A stretch of DNA of 63,745 nt from a virus (lineage: Duplodnaviria > Caudoviricetes), in IMG/VR virus record IMGVR_UViG_3300032164_000012, positions 1 through 63,745 of that record, one strand, 5' to 3'. A model generated the notes under the pieces. The model saw only the letters and a program-made list of their open reading frames with translations. It ran no database searches and had not been told where the DNA came from. The stretch's first letter is position 1; each line of letters starts with the position of its first letter. The translations under genes were made by a program, and so were the position numbers. Of this stretch, positions 62,086 to 63,745 are shown piece after piece.

Positions 62086-62472
62086 ATGGGCAAGTATCAG
62101 TCGGTCATGGACGAGTTGGAGGATGTTGGGGCGGTCGGGGCGAACATGCTGTTGGGGACGATCTCCACACCAGAGCCTGTTTCGACTCCCCCGACCCGTG
62201 AGGTTCCGTCTCCTGTCGCGAAGCCGGCTCCTGTGAACGATATTGCGGAAGCCGAGGCTTTGCTGAAGAATGCTCGCAGGAACTCCATCGCGCTCGCGCC
62301 TACGCCCGTGCCCTCGCGCGCGGGTGTAGCTGGTGAGGCTCAGCTCTATGGGCAGATCGCATCAGTGCTCGACGTGATGCTCAAGAGCATGGAGACTCTG
62401 CGGGACATCTTCATCCAGCTCCAGGAGATGCACAGTGGAGGACGGAATGCGGATATTCGTGCTGAGAAGTGA
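62086..62472 (+). CDS. hypothetical protein
   Basis: ATG after the palindrome and AGGA. Confidence 0.55.
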   Translation: MGKYQSVMDELEDVGAVGANMLLGTISTPEPVSTPPTREVPSPVAKPAPVNDIAEAEALLKNARRNSIALAPTPVPSRAGVAGEAQLYGQIASVLDVMLKSMETLRDIFIQLQEMHSGGRNADIRAEK

Positions 62473-62845
62473 ACTGAATCTGGCCTACTTGCCTGGAGTG
62501 GGGCTCATCTATCCGGGGAAGAAGCTCGTCGGAGACGCCTACGCGCGGTTCTCGCCTAACCTGCTGACAGAGGTGCCAGTGGACTATCAGGATCCTGTCG
62601 AGGCTCCGAGCCCTTTGCCGGCTCCGGTCATCACCGAGATCCTGCCAGTCCCTGAAGTGGAGGAGATCGAGATTGTCACCGACCCCTCCCAGATTCGTCC
62701 GCCGCCCCTCGACGAGGAACCCCCTCTTTCGGAGAAAGCTGCCGCCGATTTGCATGCAGCGGTGGACCCGAAGCCTGAACAGCCCGCCAAGCAGGGGTTC
62801 CCTAGCAAGACGCACCAGTTCAAGAAGAAGAGCCTGTACACGTAG
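62447..62845 (+). CDS. Pro/Glu-rich hypothetical protein
   Basis: GGAGG RBS. Confidence 0.55.
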   Translation: MRIFVLRSELNLAYLPGVGLIYPGKKLVGDAYARFSPNLLTEVPVDYQDPVEAPSPLPAPVITEILPVPEVEEIEIVTDPSQIRPPPLDEEPPLSEKAAADLHAAVDPKPEQPAKQGFPSKTHQFKKKSLYT

Positions 62846-62855
62846 GAGGTAGCCC

Positions 62856-63584
62856 GTGGCCGCTCCACCCCTGATGAACGCCGACCAACTCAAGCTGTGG
62901 ATCTTGCGCACGCTCGGAGCGCCGGTTATCAAGGTTGAGCTGACCGATGATCACCTCATAGATTCCATCGAGGATGCTCGTCGGTGGTTCACCTCCAAGA
63001 AAGGGGTCAAGAGATCGGCAGTGCTGCCCCCTTCGCAGGACGGCTCCTACGATCTTCCGCCAGAGGTCGAGGTGGTGCTGGACGTAGCTTTCACGTCGAC
63101 GCCCTTCGACTTCTCGACGATCTTTGCGCCTTTCATCCTTCCCGAACAGCAGATCCCCTACTCGGTCTTCGCTGCCCAGGCGACCGGCGGCCTGTACTCG
63201 AACTTTGCCCAGCTGCTCCAGTACATCGATACGGCCAAGAAGATCATCAGCGCCGATCAGGACTGGCGGCAGGAGGGCCGACGGCTTTACACGTTCCCGT
63301 CGAGGAGTCCGACCACCGCGTCGTTGATCATCGACTACAAGACCAACCAGGTCACGATCGAGCAGCTTGAGGAGAAGGACCACGACATGGTCAAGCAGTA
63401 CTCGCTGGCCCTAGCTAAGATGCGCCTTGGCCGCATCCGGTCCAAGTACGACGCCTATCCGACGGCACAGGGCTCGGTGACGATGGATGGAGCGACGTTG
63501 CTTGATGAGGCGCGCACGGAGCTAGAGTATCTCAACGAGGCCATTATGCTCTCCTCCTACCCGATGCCGATTCTGATAGGCTAG
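62856..63584 (+). CDS. neck/head-tail adaptor protein (T4 gp13-like)
   Basis: LKLWILRTLGAPVIKVELTDD, YSLALAK..LGRIRSKY, VTMDG..LL.EA. Confidence 0.85.
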   Translation: MAAPPLMNADQLKLWILRTLGAPVIKVELTDDHLIDSIEDARRWFTSKKGVKRSAVLPPSQDGSYDLPPEVEVVLDVAFTSTPFDFSTIFAPFILPEQQIPYSVFAAQATGGLYSNFAQLLQYIDTAKKIISADQDWRQEGRRLYTFPSRSPTTASLIIDYKTNQVTIEQLEEKDHDMVKQYSLALAKMRLGRIRSKYDAYPTAQGSVTMDGATLLDEARTELEYLNEAIMLSSYPMPILIG

Positions 63585-63590
63585 AAGTTG

Positions 63591-63745
63591 ATGGTCCGCA
63601 AGGTCGAACCCTACGTTGTTCCTGGAGGTCGTGTCGAACCATACAAGACCGAGCTGACTCTGGACGATGTAGAGCGTCCCTTCTTCGACAGCGTTTCGCA
63701 GGAACACGTTCGCATCTTGGGATCGACTCTTGATCTCTACTATCG
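63591..63745 (+). CDS. neck protein (T4 gp14-like), truncated by the window end
   Basis: hand translation ERPFFDSVSQEHVRILGSTLDLYY; follows the gp13-like gene. Confidence 0.5.
   Translation, partial: MVRKVEPYVVPGGRVEPYKTELTLDDVERPFFDSVSQEHVRILGSTLDLYY

Noticed and set aside
1-63745. Stop-codon reassignment
   Set aside because: Core genes are full length under the standard bacterial code, and TAG, TGA and TAA all end genes at tight junctions

Overview
The window is a GC-rich, almost entirely + strand segment of a large tailed dsDNA phage (Caudoviricetes). No host chromosomal genes, rRNA, tRNA or CRISPR array were seen. From left to right: (1) about 1-19 kb, an accessory region of short ORFs driven by repeated sigma70-type promoters (TTGACAAT-N-TGCTAnnnT). 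It includes a macrodomain, an ADP-ribosylglycohydrolase, a NADAR protein, a receiver-like phosphoesterase, a spanin-like lipoprotein, dTMP kinase, a family-4 uracil-DNA glycosylase and a KhpA-like KH protein. (2) About 19-41 kb, an AAA+/VWA pair plus replication and recombination genes: an HTH initiator with internal 22-bp iterons, DnaC-like loader, DnaB with intein, DnaG, SSBs, SF2 helicase with intein, RecA, resolvases, a Cas4-like nuclease, an MTase and a ParB-like protein. (3) About 41-52 kb, a 1767-aa probable virion-packaged effector (HipA/PI3K-like kinase plus a possible ART-like C-terminus) and family A DNA polymerase with intein. (4) About 52-64 kb, a T4-type head module: TerL, gp20-like portal, gp21-like protease, gp23-like capsid and gp13/gp14-like neck. 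The most notable unexplained structure is: a genome-wide 16-bp palindromic operator; promoter cassettes whose -35 box supplies the upstream gene's stop codon; leaderless mRNAs; a family of shared N-terminal leaders resembling capsid-targeting sequences; a candidate -1 frameshift in a head core protein; and a possible ADP-ribosylation writer/eraser system. All family calls come from motif recognition by eye, with no database searches.
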